From Phyllosticta citribraziliensis (taxonomy: Eukaryota), in assembly GCF_038025025.1 (NCBI RefSeq), contig NW_027117346.1, positions 496,001-560,000 on the forward strand: 64,000 bases of DNA, given 5' to 3'. The notes under the pieces are model-generated. The model worked only from the letters and a program-made list of their open reading frames with translations, was not told where the DNA came from and made no database searches. Below are positions 25,401-37,660 of the stretch, piece by piece. Every line of letters begins with the position of its first letter. The first letter of the stretch is position 1. Made by a program: the position numbers and the translations under genes.

Positions 25401-25492
25401 AGCCCAACGCGAGGCTCGAACTCGCAGCCTTAAGATGCCAGGTACTGAGGTGTACTAAGAGTCTTACGCTCTACCGATTGAGCTAGCCGGGC
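25401..25492 (-). tRNA. tRNA-Lys (CTT) with 19-nt intron (25437-25455)
   Basis: Reverse complement GCCCGGCTAGCTCAATCGGTAGAGCG-TAAGA-CT-CTT-A-[intron]-A-TCTTA-AGGCT-GCGAG-TTCGAGC-CTCGC-GTTGGGC-T, with T-runs downstream. Confidence 0.95.
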
Positions 25493-26421
25493 AGCTATCA
25501 GAAGCTTGAGAGCTTCTTGGAAGGGATGAAGATTTGGTGGTTGCAAATGTCGTACATCAATGTCAGTTGAAGCAAGTCCGTTCGACACCGTTTGGACGGT
25601 TACGGCCAACTCTGAGCTTTCGCCCGGAACGATCAAATGATTGGAGTAAACGCACTCCTGGAGCCTCAACGACCGTTCGGGATTGGAGGCGGAGATTGAG
25701 GGGCCGCTCTCTGAGGGTTGGACTTGTACCCCTGAAGTCGACCGGTATCCACCGCCAGTCCTACGAGCAGCCAGCCAGTCTGTATTGAGATATTCCCGCA
25801 TCTGTACTCACCGGACAATTGTTTTGCTGTGGAGTCTGTAGCGCTTGCGCAGGTCGTCTAATTTCAAGAAAATACCCAGTGTCAGCAAGTGACAGAAGAT
25901 TTTGTTGTGGCATGTCCAATCGATTCGGCAACCGGGAAGTGGAGGAAAAATATGCAGCTCCTCTGCCGAAGTTTTGATCCAATAGACAGCCAGATTTCGC
26001 CGAATTTTCCTCTCGGAGTTGATGTGCCCAATAATGGGTTGTTTTCTGTTGATGTAAGCGAATTGAAGATGCTGCGCCGCTGCCAACAGCGGCTAATCCA
26101 GAGCTGTGCCACATCTCCTGTGCCGAACATCAGAAAAGCGATGCGCGTGAAAGAATAGTCCAAATGATTGGACGAGAATGCTCTTCGATCAGAATAGAAC
26201 TTGAGCAGGCGTAACGCTCATGGATAAGCGTTGCGTCTTGCGACACATTCGTGGAGCTGTTGTGGCAGATGAAATATTGCCAGAGGAATAAATGGGAAAT
26301 GCAAAGTCAAGAAAACAGAGGGCAAAACAGTCCATCCAAACCGATCCAGGAAAGCATATCAGCTCTTGAAATACCTGAACATACCAATCCCAAAGCCCGA
26401 GGTCCCGAAGCATCACTCCAT

Positions 26422-27027
26422 ATGCCAGGCCAAAAAGACCGTCTCTATGTCGCCCTGTACCTTCGTGGAGCCAGTGTGCCCAAAATGCCTGGTGGAGAGG
26501 ACAAGTAATTCTTCGTCCTGATGAGTGGAGTTCGCAAAGATTCTGACCCGAAGTTTATGTGCAGATACCATTGGGCCCTCTTGGTAGGACCCAAAGCCGA
26601 GTCACGAAGTTCAGAAGGGACGCGATACCACGCAAAACAAGTGTCCAATCCCAAAACAAGGAAAATGGATTGGCAGTTGGAGGAACGCTCGACCACAGTG
26701 CTCGCGACCAACGCACTACTTGTCAGAATAATGATTGGTAAGGTAGAGAAGAAGAGTCGTCTTGTCGATTTGATACGAGGCACTCCTATCCGACACAGCC
26801 AAAGTGGGTGGAATTGTGTCGAATGGGTGAGAGAGGCAATTCTGAGAATCCAGACAGACGGAAAAGCAATTGGCACCAGTGTGTTGGAATGGAGGCAGGT
26901 GCGGGATGGCGCTTTGTTGTACTGTGAAAGGAAGAATTATCAGCACCGCTTCGACGGAAGGGGGACGTTTGACATGGAAAAGGCAGCAACCTACGATTTG
27001 ATCGAAGGGAAAGAAACGATACCATGA
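26422..27027 (+). CDS. Fungal hypothetical protein with YHWAL..WNCVEWV motifs (resembles DUF6914-type proteins)
   Basis: Exons 26422-26504 and 26565-27027 (GTAATT..CTGAC..GCAG intron). Spliced sequence MPGQKDRLYVALYLRG..EDKYHWALLVGPK..GTRYHAK..GWNCVEWVREA. Family name is from recall only. Confidence 0.75.
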
Positions 27028-27079
27028 GATTTCACATGAGGGTCCCCAGTCCCACCCCCAACCCCAATGCAATACCTTT

Positions 27080-27961
27080 TTAGAAGCCGCCGCCAAACCA
27101 CTCTCGTCGAATCTTGTCCATGGCCAGCTCTCGAGGGAGAGTCTTCAGGAATTTGTCGATTTCTTCTCTCCAAAACAAATTCTGTGGATTCACCTGGCAC
27201 GTGACGGTATATTCCCAGTAGTCGGGGAACCATCCAGAAGTCTCCCAATCGACAATTCCTGTTATTTTCTCGCCCTCGCACATGATGTTGAGACTACTCA
27301 AATCCCCATGTGTAAAGACAGGATCATCCCAAGGACCGTCATGAAAGCGAATAAGCTCGTTGACCTCTAATGGCAAGTCCGAGTGGCATTGCATGCCGTT
27401 GCGTAGGTAGTTGTGGAATTCTTGTATGGTTGCAAAAGGCCCAAAATGAAGATCAGGGCCGGGCATACTGGGGCGAGGGTCATAGAGCGGACCTCCATCG
27501 ATATTTGAAACCGCAGGTCCAGGTGCTGGTAATTGCCGGATTTGATCGACCATGCTCTTGAGCTGTGAAAGCAGATTCTCTTTGGATTCTTCGCTGCGAA
27601 AAACCCAACCCTTGCCCAGCATGTGTCCCTTGATTCGCTCCATCACAATGAACGTGCATCCATGATGCGTAAAGGCGCAGTAGACCTTTGGTACAGGCAC
27701 TGACGTATAGTGTGCAATAAACCTCATGGCGGAAGCTTCAGCTAAGCTTTTGGAAGGACCATACTTGACACACAAATGAGCTGAGAGCATCAGAACGCCA
27801 CCCGACTGGTGACGACGAGAGTGCTTCAGGACCGCGACAGCCGTCAACACAGCTGTGCGATAGGCCCAGGTGTCGTTGACGGGACCCGACCATGGCTGGT
27901 CTGCCGAATGTTTGACGGCTTCAGTGTGTTGATCAGATGCGACATCGCCCGCGGTCGACAT
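27080..27961 (-). CDS. Aminoglycoside phosphotransferase / choline kinase-like protein
   Basis: Intronless 293-aa ORF with VKYG, EASAMRFI..VPVPKV, FIVMERIKG, the Brenner motif HGDLSSLNI and IVDWE. Confidence 0.88.
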   Translation of the reverse strand: MSTAGDVASDQHTEAVKHSADQPWSGPVNDTWAYRTAVLTAVAVLKHSRRHQSGGVLMLSAHLCVKYGPSKSLAEASAMRFIAHYTSVPVPKVYCAFTHHGCTFIVMERIKGHMLGKGWVFRSEESKENLLSQLKSMVDQIRQLPAPGPAVSNIDGGPLYDPRPSMPGPDLHFGPFATIQEFHNYLRNGMQCHSDLPLEVNELIRFHDGPWDDPVFTHGDLSSLNIMCEGEKITGIVDWETSGWFPDYWEYTVTCQVNPQNLFWREEIDKFLKTLPRELAMDKIRREWFGGGF

Positions 27962-30900
27962 TCGCAGGACTGGAGCCGATGAGGTGGTGATATGGTGGTT
28001 GCAAGAGACGAGGAGAGAGGCGGTTGCCGGCCCGAGTCATAGGCGCTGGCGACCGGCGGCGGTCATGAGTAGAGAGTCCCCGCTATCCGTTGCACAACAT
28101 CTCTCCGCTCCATTTCCATTCATCTTCAGAATCACCAGGACAACAGTATTTGACCAAAGCAGCGCCCACCTTTGCAAACGCCGCAAACACTGCCCCGGAA
28201 AATCAACAGCCTTTGGCGGAACACGATCTCTCTCTTTCAACCAGCGACACCGATGGCTGTCGACCACAACCTTTCCCTTCTCATCTACAGCCATTTTTCT
28301 TAAGCGTATTGCCCCCTGCTTTCCGCGCCATCTTTGTAGTCGCCCACATTGAAATGACCCTCAAATCACGTCCTCGCGAACGAAATCAACTTCCCGATGC
28401 CAAAGCCGACAAACCGACGGCGAAGGTTGAAGATTCAAAGGACATCTAAGCTTCAAATGCCGAATATGGGGATCTCCAGCTGCGAACTTGCGCAAGCTTT
28501 GTCTGAGATGAGCAGGAAAGGTGCGTTAGAGATGTGGCGCCTGTGGCGCCCACTAGAACGCGACGTACCAAATTCCAGGTCTTCCACGTACCGCAAAGTC
28601 GCGTTGAGCACTAGACCCTTTCCATCAAAGATCACGCCTTTATGTAACAAGAGAGGAGCATGGTTGAGCGTTTGGTGGTGCAATCGACAGCAGTTTGTAC
28701 TGCTCGAAGAAAACAACATCGGAACATGAAGCCAGCAGCACTGGCACAAAGCCTGGTTCCTTTTGACGCCGGTTCTCTCCGCTCCACCGCATCGGTCCGC
28801 ACCCATGGCAAGCTACATACCAAACCCCTGCGTTCACGAGCAAGGGAAGACACCGCTTATGATCATCGCCCAACTCCATCTGCATATTGCCATGCAATCA
28901 ATGGACATTTCAAAACACCACTTTCCGCAAACTTCTTCGTTTTCCCGCCTCACTCTGCGCAAACAAGTTCCGCTCCTTTCATTCCACCATGAGGCATACA
29001 CGTCAACACCCCTGCCGCAGCCACTCCCAACAAACGTCGGTTGCGCAACCCCCTGCCCAACCTTCCAATATTCAACCGGACCCGGAAACTTACCTCCAGC
29101 CTCAATAGCTCGCTGCGCCGCAAAGCCTACCGGTACCGACCTTGCCCAATTTCCTAGCCTGACCGCCTCGTGCCTCGTGCTTCGGAAAGTCTCAACGCTT
29201 CCACCTGCCTGCTCAAGGTGACCGATCCTTTTTGCCGTACCAAGTCAAGGGGGTATTCCAAGAGTGATTGCGTAGCCGCACACAACGCGCGCTCCCGCCC
29301 GTCCCGTTCCCGCAGTCGATCTGTAGCACCCCTGCACTTGCTGCTATGCATCGCGAACGTTGGTCACTGACTGGCAGCATTTCTGGAGCTGGCTTGCAGC
29401 CTCGTTGTTGCAACGATGCCCACGCATGTTAGCGAAATAAGGTACGTACCAACACCTAGGCACGACGATCATGGCCTGTTATCGACTTCGGCGACGGCTC
29501 GGTGTCCGCGACCCTGGGAAATAAGTTGAAATGACTTGCTAGTCGTAGTTTGTATGGGCTCATTCAACGTTGAAGAGAAAGAAGGTGGAAGCGGTCCTGA
29601 GTCTGGCCGATTTCGCGGTGTTTGCCTGCCTGCCTCGAAGGTTTAGGGACAAGAACCTTGGTGCCTTGGCCGCGTGGATGGGCCAGTCCTTGCTCATCAA
29701 TCGTCTTCGCGCGCTGGACATCAAACCGCGATGAGCAGACGCAACTACGACTTGGAACATTAAGTTGGCTAGCCTGGATTTTGATGGGCTTGTTCAACAA
29801 GCAACTCTTAGTAGGATCCTTGGCGGTTGGAATGCTAGCCCTGGATGGACGCGGCAGGAACAAAGTTGGTAACCAGTTCAAATTTCACCCCTGTTTGTCG
29901 AAATACTTCACAATTCTGAAGAATCTTGTCCCCCGTCCCCCTCTCCAGGAATTCCGATCGACTGTTTTCCTGGACACTGGATAAGTATAGATGCTAAAGA
30001 AAACCAAGAGCATCAGAGTCGCAAGACAAGAGTCGCAGCTTCCTTGGGGGACCTAGATACATCGAACCTTGCAAAACTTCGTCAAAATGACCCCATCTAT
30101 ACCCCTGGGGAGCACTAAGGACCAACGACTCAAGACCCCCTCTCCCGCCTTGCGACTCAAGGGGATCGAATCAAAACCCGTCATTGTACGCACTGGCGTC
30201 GCCACGATGCCATCAAGAGTTACAATTATATACCCATTTTCATTCGTCAAGGGCCACACGGAATCACTGACCCGTCACGAGGGTGGCGCCATATGAAGTT
30301 ACCTCTTCATCCATCCCCATGGCAAAACCGTGCTAGCAGACGCCGGTCCCGCTTCCACGAGGAGTTAAGCATAGAGCAAGAGCTAATTTCTGCCGATGCG
30401 GCGCAGCGTGATAGTATGGCGCCAGCCAGTCTTGCGCGTCTTGGGCGCGTGTCCGACTCGGTGAACAGAGAGTCGAGACGACGACGAACACTGATTTTGG
30501 AATGGTTGATCAGCAAGACGGACCAGAATGCGCGACTGCTCCCAAAGAAGGGTTAACCTTTTTGCACAGCCAAGCTAATGGGATGGCGGAATCTTTCCTG
30601 CCTCGGAAAAAGGGACTTGAGTAGACGGCCGCGGCTCCGTTGAGAAAGGTCCGCGTTGCTTTTGCTTTCCGACAGAGTTCTCTGCGGCGACTTTGTTGCT
30701 GCTTTGCAAACAGGAATACGATAGATGCCCAGCTGTTCAGCGACTCGGAGACACGACCGGTCCTTCGCCCTAGCTGAACGGGCAAACCGAATGGCACAAC
30801 TGATACTTCGGCCTAAGCAGCCAGAGAAAAATCTAGATCCCAAATCATGAAATGTTGGCGCAACGGAAAACAACTTCCAAAGTCGTTGTCGTCGTCGTCA

Positions 30901-32799
30901 CCAGCGCTGTATCCAGACGATTCCTGCCAGTTGGGGAAGTGGATCAACGCAAAAGCTGAGCTTTGCAAATGCTCGGCCGAAGGCAAGGCAAAAAGCAAAT
31001 GGCGATGAAGCCTTTTGCGATCAACGTACGCAGTGGACACGCTGGATAGCGGCTGTGTATCGGGATGTCCATGCTCACAGTGCACAGCTTGCTCACAGCT
31101 GATGCAAAGCTGACCATCACTGTTGCCGTTTGCAGATCTGACGCTGAGGAGCTGCGCACATCGTCTGTCCACTGCACTCTTTGCTGCAGCTTCGTCACGC
31201 AAAACGAATGGTGTTCTGTTTCAGCTTTGCCATGTCACACTTGAGGTGCGTTTGAAACCAAACATCTGTTCTACGCGTCACGTTCGCAGATAGCGCAATT
31301 GATGAACGGTTGTTGCGTACATGTCTGTTCGCATAAGAACACCTTGCATGCGGCTAGATGCACATCCCTTGTGCAAACACCCCACTCCGAGATCACTGCC
31401 GCCATTCCCTGGGATGACCCCAGTCGGCAAACCGGGACCAGAGCGACAGGGGTGGACCTGCAAGGCAGGCGCACGTCAGGGATGCGCGCATCGCGGGGAT
31501 ACAGTCAGTGGAGGCAGTGGGGGGTGCTCGAGGCATGAAACGATAGACTGGACGGACTATCGAATGTTGAATGTTGACGAGTCGTGAGAGACGTGAAGAC
31601 GCGGGATCAGGAAGGAGTAGACAAGCCCGAAACGGGTTGGTGTGTGTGAAATGGTAAGTGGGGGAAGAAAGGTGTGACACGAGGGAGGATGGAGGGAGGG
31701 AGGGATTGGAGAGGCGATTCCATCAACCCGCAGCAAGCTCGCTCGGTACGTACCTGGTGCTGTGAGCAGCTGAGATGATGATCCGGTTGACCTACCTGTT
31801 CCTGGCGGCCGGAGCTGCGTGCATGCATGCGAACCCAGCGGCTGCGCGCGCCCAGAAGACTGGTTTGACCAAGTGACATGGACGTGAATGTAAGGCCTGC
31901 CGCAGTGGTGGTGTGTGGGCGCAAGGCTGTGTGCAGCTCGAGAGCCAGTCGCAATAGCTTTCCCACCTCCATCTCGACAGCCATGGCCAGCCCTACGCAA
32001 ATGGCAGTGCAGGGCTAGGCAAAAGCTTCGAATTTTCATCTGCCGAATGGAAACACTTCTCACTAAAGCGACTGCAGGGTGCCAACACCTTTCGCGCAAA
32101 GCAAGAGGAAGAGTGTGTCTGGAAGATTTCGATTTCTCAGAATCGTTGTTGCCAAGCTCGCCACACACCGTGTGTGAGCCATATCATGCCCGAGCGTCGG
32201 GCTCGTCTCAACTCCAGTCTTTACCCCAATCCACCTATCAAACAAAGAACTTTTCCCCAAATATCTACAGGTTGTTGTACAGGGGGCCTCTCGCAGCAGC
32301 GCATACGTAAAGGAGCGACGCATTGCTTGACCCAGTCTCTCATCTGCGTCCCTCGCGGGCGGTCTATTCGACAAGGATAAAAGAGGAAATACGGCGGAAC
32401 AAGAAAGGAGTGGTATAGAACAGTGGAAGAGAAACATGTAGAACTTGAAAATGAGTGTCCATCCGTGCAATCGTGCGAGTCTTGATGTCGTCGCCTGTCG
32501 TATCCATCGTGAAGGAAACAAGAAAAGAGTATGAAAGTGCAAGAGAAAATATGCACCAAACCCCCTTCGAAATGAGCACGCAGTGCTTAAGGAGCGATGA
32601 AAAGGAGTTGGAGATCGAGGGAAAGTCGGGAGTGTTTGCGCCGCAGGCGCCTTGCGTAGCCAGCTAGCCGTGTTGCTTATTTTTGGTTTTTGTCGGCTTC
32701 CAGTCGATGGTTCCTCGCTCGCAATGCATCTCTCGCATCGCGGCGTGGAGCGGTCAGTCTATTTTGTTTTGTCCGCCATCGCTGCAACTGCCGCAGCAC

Positions 32800-34906
32800 T
32801 TACGAACGCACCGCCATACTCCTTGGCAAAATTTCCCGTCCGCAGTCGGCACCAATCATTGCCTCGACAGCCTCGATGGTGCCCCTTGTGCTGGAACTGT
32901 TCTCGCGGCTGAGGGTGCCCACACTTCCTTCTGTTTTCGAATTGGCAAACCACGCCCCACTGAGACTAACGTTGCTGCCATCATCTCCCGCCATACCCAA
33001 TGGTGCAAGAATTCCCTTCTGAACAGCCAAGGGGTCGGTGGGCGGCTGCTTTTGAGTCAACCGTGGACTCCATTTCGGGCTCAGCTTCGACGAGGGCGAA
33101 GGTGGAGACGCAGACGTCGACAATTTCCTGATAGGGATGGGAGCAAGACCTCCCGAATCCATCTTGTTTGACGAAGGCACGTCAGGACCACCCCCGCCGC
33201 CGCCTCCCAAATTACGCCGGCCGGGTGAATAGTGCTGGGGCGGAGGAGACTTGAGTGATGGGCTGAGCTTCCGAGGCATGTGGTTTCCGGCCATGGACGG
33301 CGGAGTCAGATGATCAATCTGACTTACACCATCGTCGTGGCCTGTGTGCTCGACGCGAGACAGAGATGGATTTTGCGGGGTCTGCGCAGCTTGCGTCTTG
33401 ACAGTGGAGGAGGGGAACAGCAGGCTGCGACGGGGCGATTCGAGACCGAGACCTTCGGCGAGGAGACGGCGTTCCATATCGTTCGGGTCCCTGTAAGCGA
33501 AGCGGTTGCCTGACTCAGGAGAGCTGTACAGGGTGGGCGAGGGCGCGATGGTCGGAGTGATTGGGCGCGAAACCGGCAGTCGCGAGGGAGTATCTTGGGG
33601 ACCAGAAGAATGCGGCGTGGTTGAGCTGTACTGCGTCTTGGATTTCGTCATGGCTGGCTTCGGTTCGGCGATAATGGGAACGTCAAACTGGCGGTGCTCG
33701 AGAGGCTTGGAGATGGGAAGTGAAGGCCGTCGATGCGACTCGGGAAGAGATGGTTTCCGTGACTTGGTCGAGGACGACTTGGGGGACAGTTCGGTCGTAT
33801 GGATGGTCCCGCCGGGTGTTGCCGTCGTGCCGGTGAGGCCGGTGAGGGAGGGAGAATATGATTGAGAACAGGGAAATGTTGGTGGCATGTGGCTGAGAGT
33901 GCCTGGTTGAGTTGTGATGTTGGATGAACCGATCATGAAACGCGGAAAAAGTCGAGCCAGGAAGACTTTTGTGAGGGGAAGGCATGCACAAATAATGCCG
34001 ACATTTTCTTCAATGGAAGCGATGAGAAGAAGATCTCCGGCATTGTAGAGGATCTCCGTGGTAGGGGCCAGACCACGTGGGATGTAGATCATTCGGCAGA
34101 TGGAAGCAGCGATGACGCAGCATCCAACAGAAAACAAAGTGAGAAGTCCAAACTTGTGCTTCAATGGCACTCGCAACTTGAAGAGGAAGTTGGCAGGCCA
34201 CAGGTAGACCAGAAGGTCTCCTAAGCTGTTCAGCGCAGCGGTAGCCTGCACGAGAGCTCGCACGTCCTGGCAATTGCGGTCCTCATCAAACGGCTTCGTC
34301 CAGAAGAGCTTGACCGGGCTGGCGATAATTAGTAGGTGGACGGAAAAGAGATACAAAGAGACTTACGTGCACACGAACGTCTGCCCAAAGAAGGCGGCAA
34401 TTCCCCACATGAGGCAGTACACGATCAAGGCGATGCAAAACCACCTGTTCGCGTTCCCGGGAAAGAGACGTCGGTAGCCGAGACAGGTAGCAATCTTGGT
34501 GCAAGCCACGATCGGTGGAAAGAGCAAGAGACTTGCGTAAACACACTAATATGCGTTAGATCCTCAGGCCCGGACGACGAATGGTCAGTACACTAACCTT
34601 CAAACCCTTTTCCATGTCCGACATCTTGATGCTTCCGACGTGATGAGCGAGACCGTACCTCACTCCAAAACATGTGACAACCGTGTTGCCAACGGTCATC
34701 AGGCCAGAGAGGAAAACTAGGGTGTCTTGCCAGCCAAACATGCGAGTGAGGAACACGCTGGTGTATATTCGCGTGAACACAAACATCAGCATGACGGCAG
34801 TGACAGGAACAGTAGTACCAACAACGGAGGCCGCGCTTGTTGGCCATCCCTTGTCGAAGGACGGGGCGCTGCTTGTAGTTGCAGCACTGCCATCGATGGG
34901 AGCCAT
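32800..34906 (-). CDS. Pth11-like (fungal rhodopsin-domain) integral membrane protein, no CFEM, long Ser/Pro-rich C-tail
   Basis: Introns at 34546-34597 and 34319-34366. Hydrophobic helices with FVFTRIYT..FGWQD, YGLAHH, DLLVYLWP..LRVPLKHKFGLLTLFSVG and IEENVGIICACLP. Confidence 0.82.
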
Positions 34907-37660
34907 CGTGGTCTGAAAGTGCGTGAATCAATCCTCTTCAAGCTCCAAACCGGCGGTGTCGATAGTGACAAAAAGGGATTGCCAGTAAGGGGACGATGGT
35001 GATGTTGAGTCGTGGTGAAGCTGTGGTCTATGAGGTGAAGTCCGAGCACGATGACTGTGACCACCAAAGATGGAAACAGACCAAAGAAGCTGGAAGGTCT
35101 GAGGCAGTCGCCTAGATTATAGATCGGCCGCCAGAGACCAAGATCAGAATGACCCGCGGTGATCAATGCCTGTGCAGAGCTAGGATGTCTGCCCCGTGAA
35201 ACTTGCTTGACACGCAGAGAGCCACCGAAAGAATTAGGTTTTCGCGCTTGCTGACTTCGTATAAGTCTGGGCTGGCCCAGAAAGACGTCTCTTGCCGCCG
35301 ATGGTGGTGGACCACGCGTGTAATTTTCCGCAAGCCGGATATCGGGAGGGTAGGGGTGGAATCGGAAATTTGGAAAGTAGGTTGCTGGCGGTGAGGAAAA
35401 ACAAAAGAAAAAATAATGCTTATTCCTCAGCACCAGGAGCTGACGGTGAGGAGGACCGTGACGTTCGTGGGTACACGTGGGGTACCAAAATGGCGAAATC
35501 AGGCAGATCGAGCTGTTATACCCTCAGATACGACAGCTTGCAGGAAAACGGCATATGTGCACCCCAACCTGCTTAAGGCGGCCCAGCAGCTGTCGACACC
35601 TCAGTGGATGGAGCAGCTACGACATCGTCGATCCCACCATCGACTGATTGGGCCACCCACAATCCATCCAAACAGAGCAGCCGCCCTTCACACTCCATGG
35701 ATGTCGTTCAGGGGATGTACGCCTTCGCACAGAGCCTTTTTACGCACACAAAGCTTCCTCCACCATCGTCCATGGCGCATTGTCAAGTGGTACAACTGCT
35801 AGAACAGCTCCTATTGCAGACCCTGGTCCCTCTCGAATGGGCCACGGCTTTTGAGGCTCATGGAGGGTGCTCGCAACCACTGGCAGAGAGCTGGGCAGGG
35901 CCCTGTACCCTGTTTAAACTCGTCTTGGTCGGGGATGGGAAGATTCGTTGCGGTAGAGGATACATCTGCAAGTAAGGCTGGAGTGGAGAGGGGGGTCGTC
36001 CAATCACTGATTCCTGTTGAGGTTGGGATGATCCCGCTGGGCCAGACCAAAGTTTATTACCTGGCGTGGCCGGTTACGCCGGATTGCTTGCTGCAGCGGG
36101 TCCCTGATGGTGGACACCCTGGCGGTGATCAATTGATGAAGTGGGAGCCTTGTAAAGGTTTCCCCGTCCGAGGCATTGGCCAATGGGTGACAACGTGCAT
36201 CTCAACCCCGCTCGACAACGTGGTTCTCCAAAAAGGCCACCACACTTCGAGGCTGGCCTAAGTAGATCATTATTCGACGTTCGCTTTCACTTTTGACCAC
36301 CTTCGTCTCCACTCTTTCCGTGAGTCCGGAATAGTCGTTCGGATTGCTCAGCGGCGTGGACAATGCCGACCACTTTCGGATGATGCGTCGGGAACAAGAC
36401 GTCGAGCCGATAGACTTCCCACACAAGTGGACCAGCATCGGACACATCGACGTGCCGTCACGTAGAGTGCGCCGCTAGTCCCCTGAAGATCAAGGATCTA
36501 CTGCAGGGCGGGCACTAACAACCGGCCGTGTGCAGCTGCCAGGCACAACAGGGACGCGATAGGACGAGCGCAGCGGGCGGCACACGTCGGTCGTTTGCGC
36601 CGTTGTGGTTTGCCAATCGCCGACGCGGTGCGGCGATAGACTTCCAATAGCAGGCTATTCGAGCCGCCTGGCGTGTGGCTGAAGCCCCTCCACCATCACA
36701 TCGTCAGCCAAGGAGGGGAACCACGAGGTGGCAGGCGACAAAGCTTTCGGCTTCTCTCTGCACCGAACGAATTGGCGACGGTGCGGTGGATTAGGAAAAG
36801 CGTAGTAATAAGGATATTGGCACTTGGCAAGACGAAATCTCGCACGAAGTGAGTGTGTCGGCATGAGGGACGAGGAGCAGCAGAAGTGCGTGCCGACGGC
36901 GACTGGGAGAGATGCCGGTTCGAAGCAGCCAGTCACACTGCCATCCCAGCAGCTGCGCACACCGCCTACCGGATTGAGATGCATCGAGCGCCGTTTGTGT
37001 ACAAGCGGTTCATGTGGTTTCCAGTTCCTGCAGCGTAGATCATTCGTGTGGTTCGGCCGTGTTCTGTACACGACACCATTCGTCGCGTGCAGCTGCACGT
37101 CGTCAATTTGTGGTTCCCGCATTCCGCTCGCATTCCGCATCCCGCCTTGCAAATCCCGACCGAGAGGTGCCCAAAAGAGGAGGCTTTATCGATGCTGTTG
37201 GCAAAAAGGCCATGGTGGCGACGCCTGTGGTTGGTCCGGATGGTTGCAGTTAGATCGGAAACCGGAGGGGTTTTGTCCGCACACCCTTGACGTCACGGCC
37301 GTTTCTGAGCCTAAGGTAAACATTTCCCCCACGTCAGAAGCGGACGGCCGGACTAGTGCGGAGTCCTCCCAGAGTGACTTGGATACATCAATTCCTCATC
37401 GTCATAGTCATTGGCCAGCCGTCTGTTACAGTGGGTACATCTAAGGCCTCTGTTAATCTACAACTGCAGGTCTAGCCGCGTTTCCATGTTCTCGCCTACT
37501 CTTCCATGAGCTAAAGAAGCAACCCACAAACGCCTGATGACCAGAATCCATAACGTACACTGCGTGCAAAAAGCGCTTTCTAAAAATGACAATCCATCGT
37601 CTTTCAATCTTCTATACTGTCCACCTGTCGTGCATCATTTTCGTGAGTGAGGCCTAACCA

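Noticed and set aside
20000..37600. Transposon or Starship-type insertion near the tRNAs
   Set aside because: No recombinase, transposase or RT motifs, terminal repeats or target-site duplications could be seen by eye.
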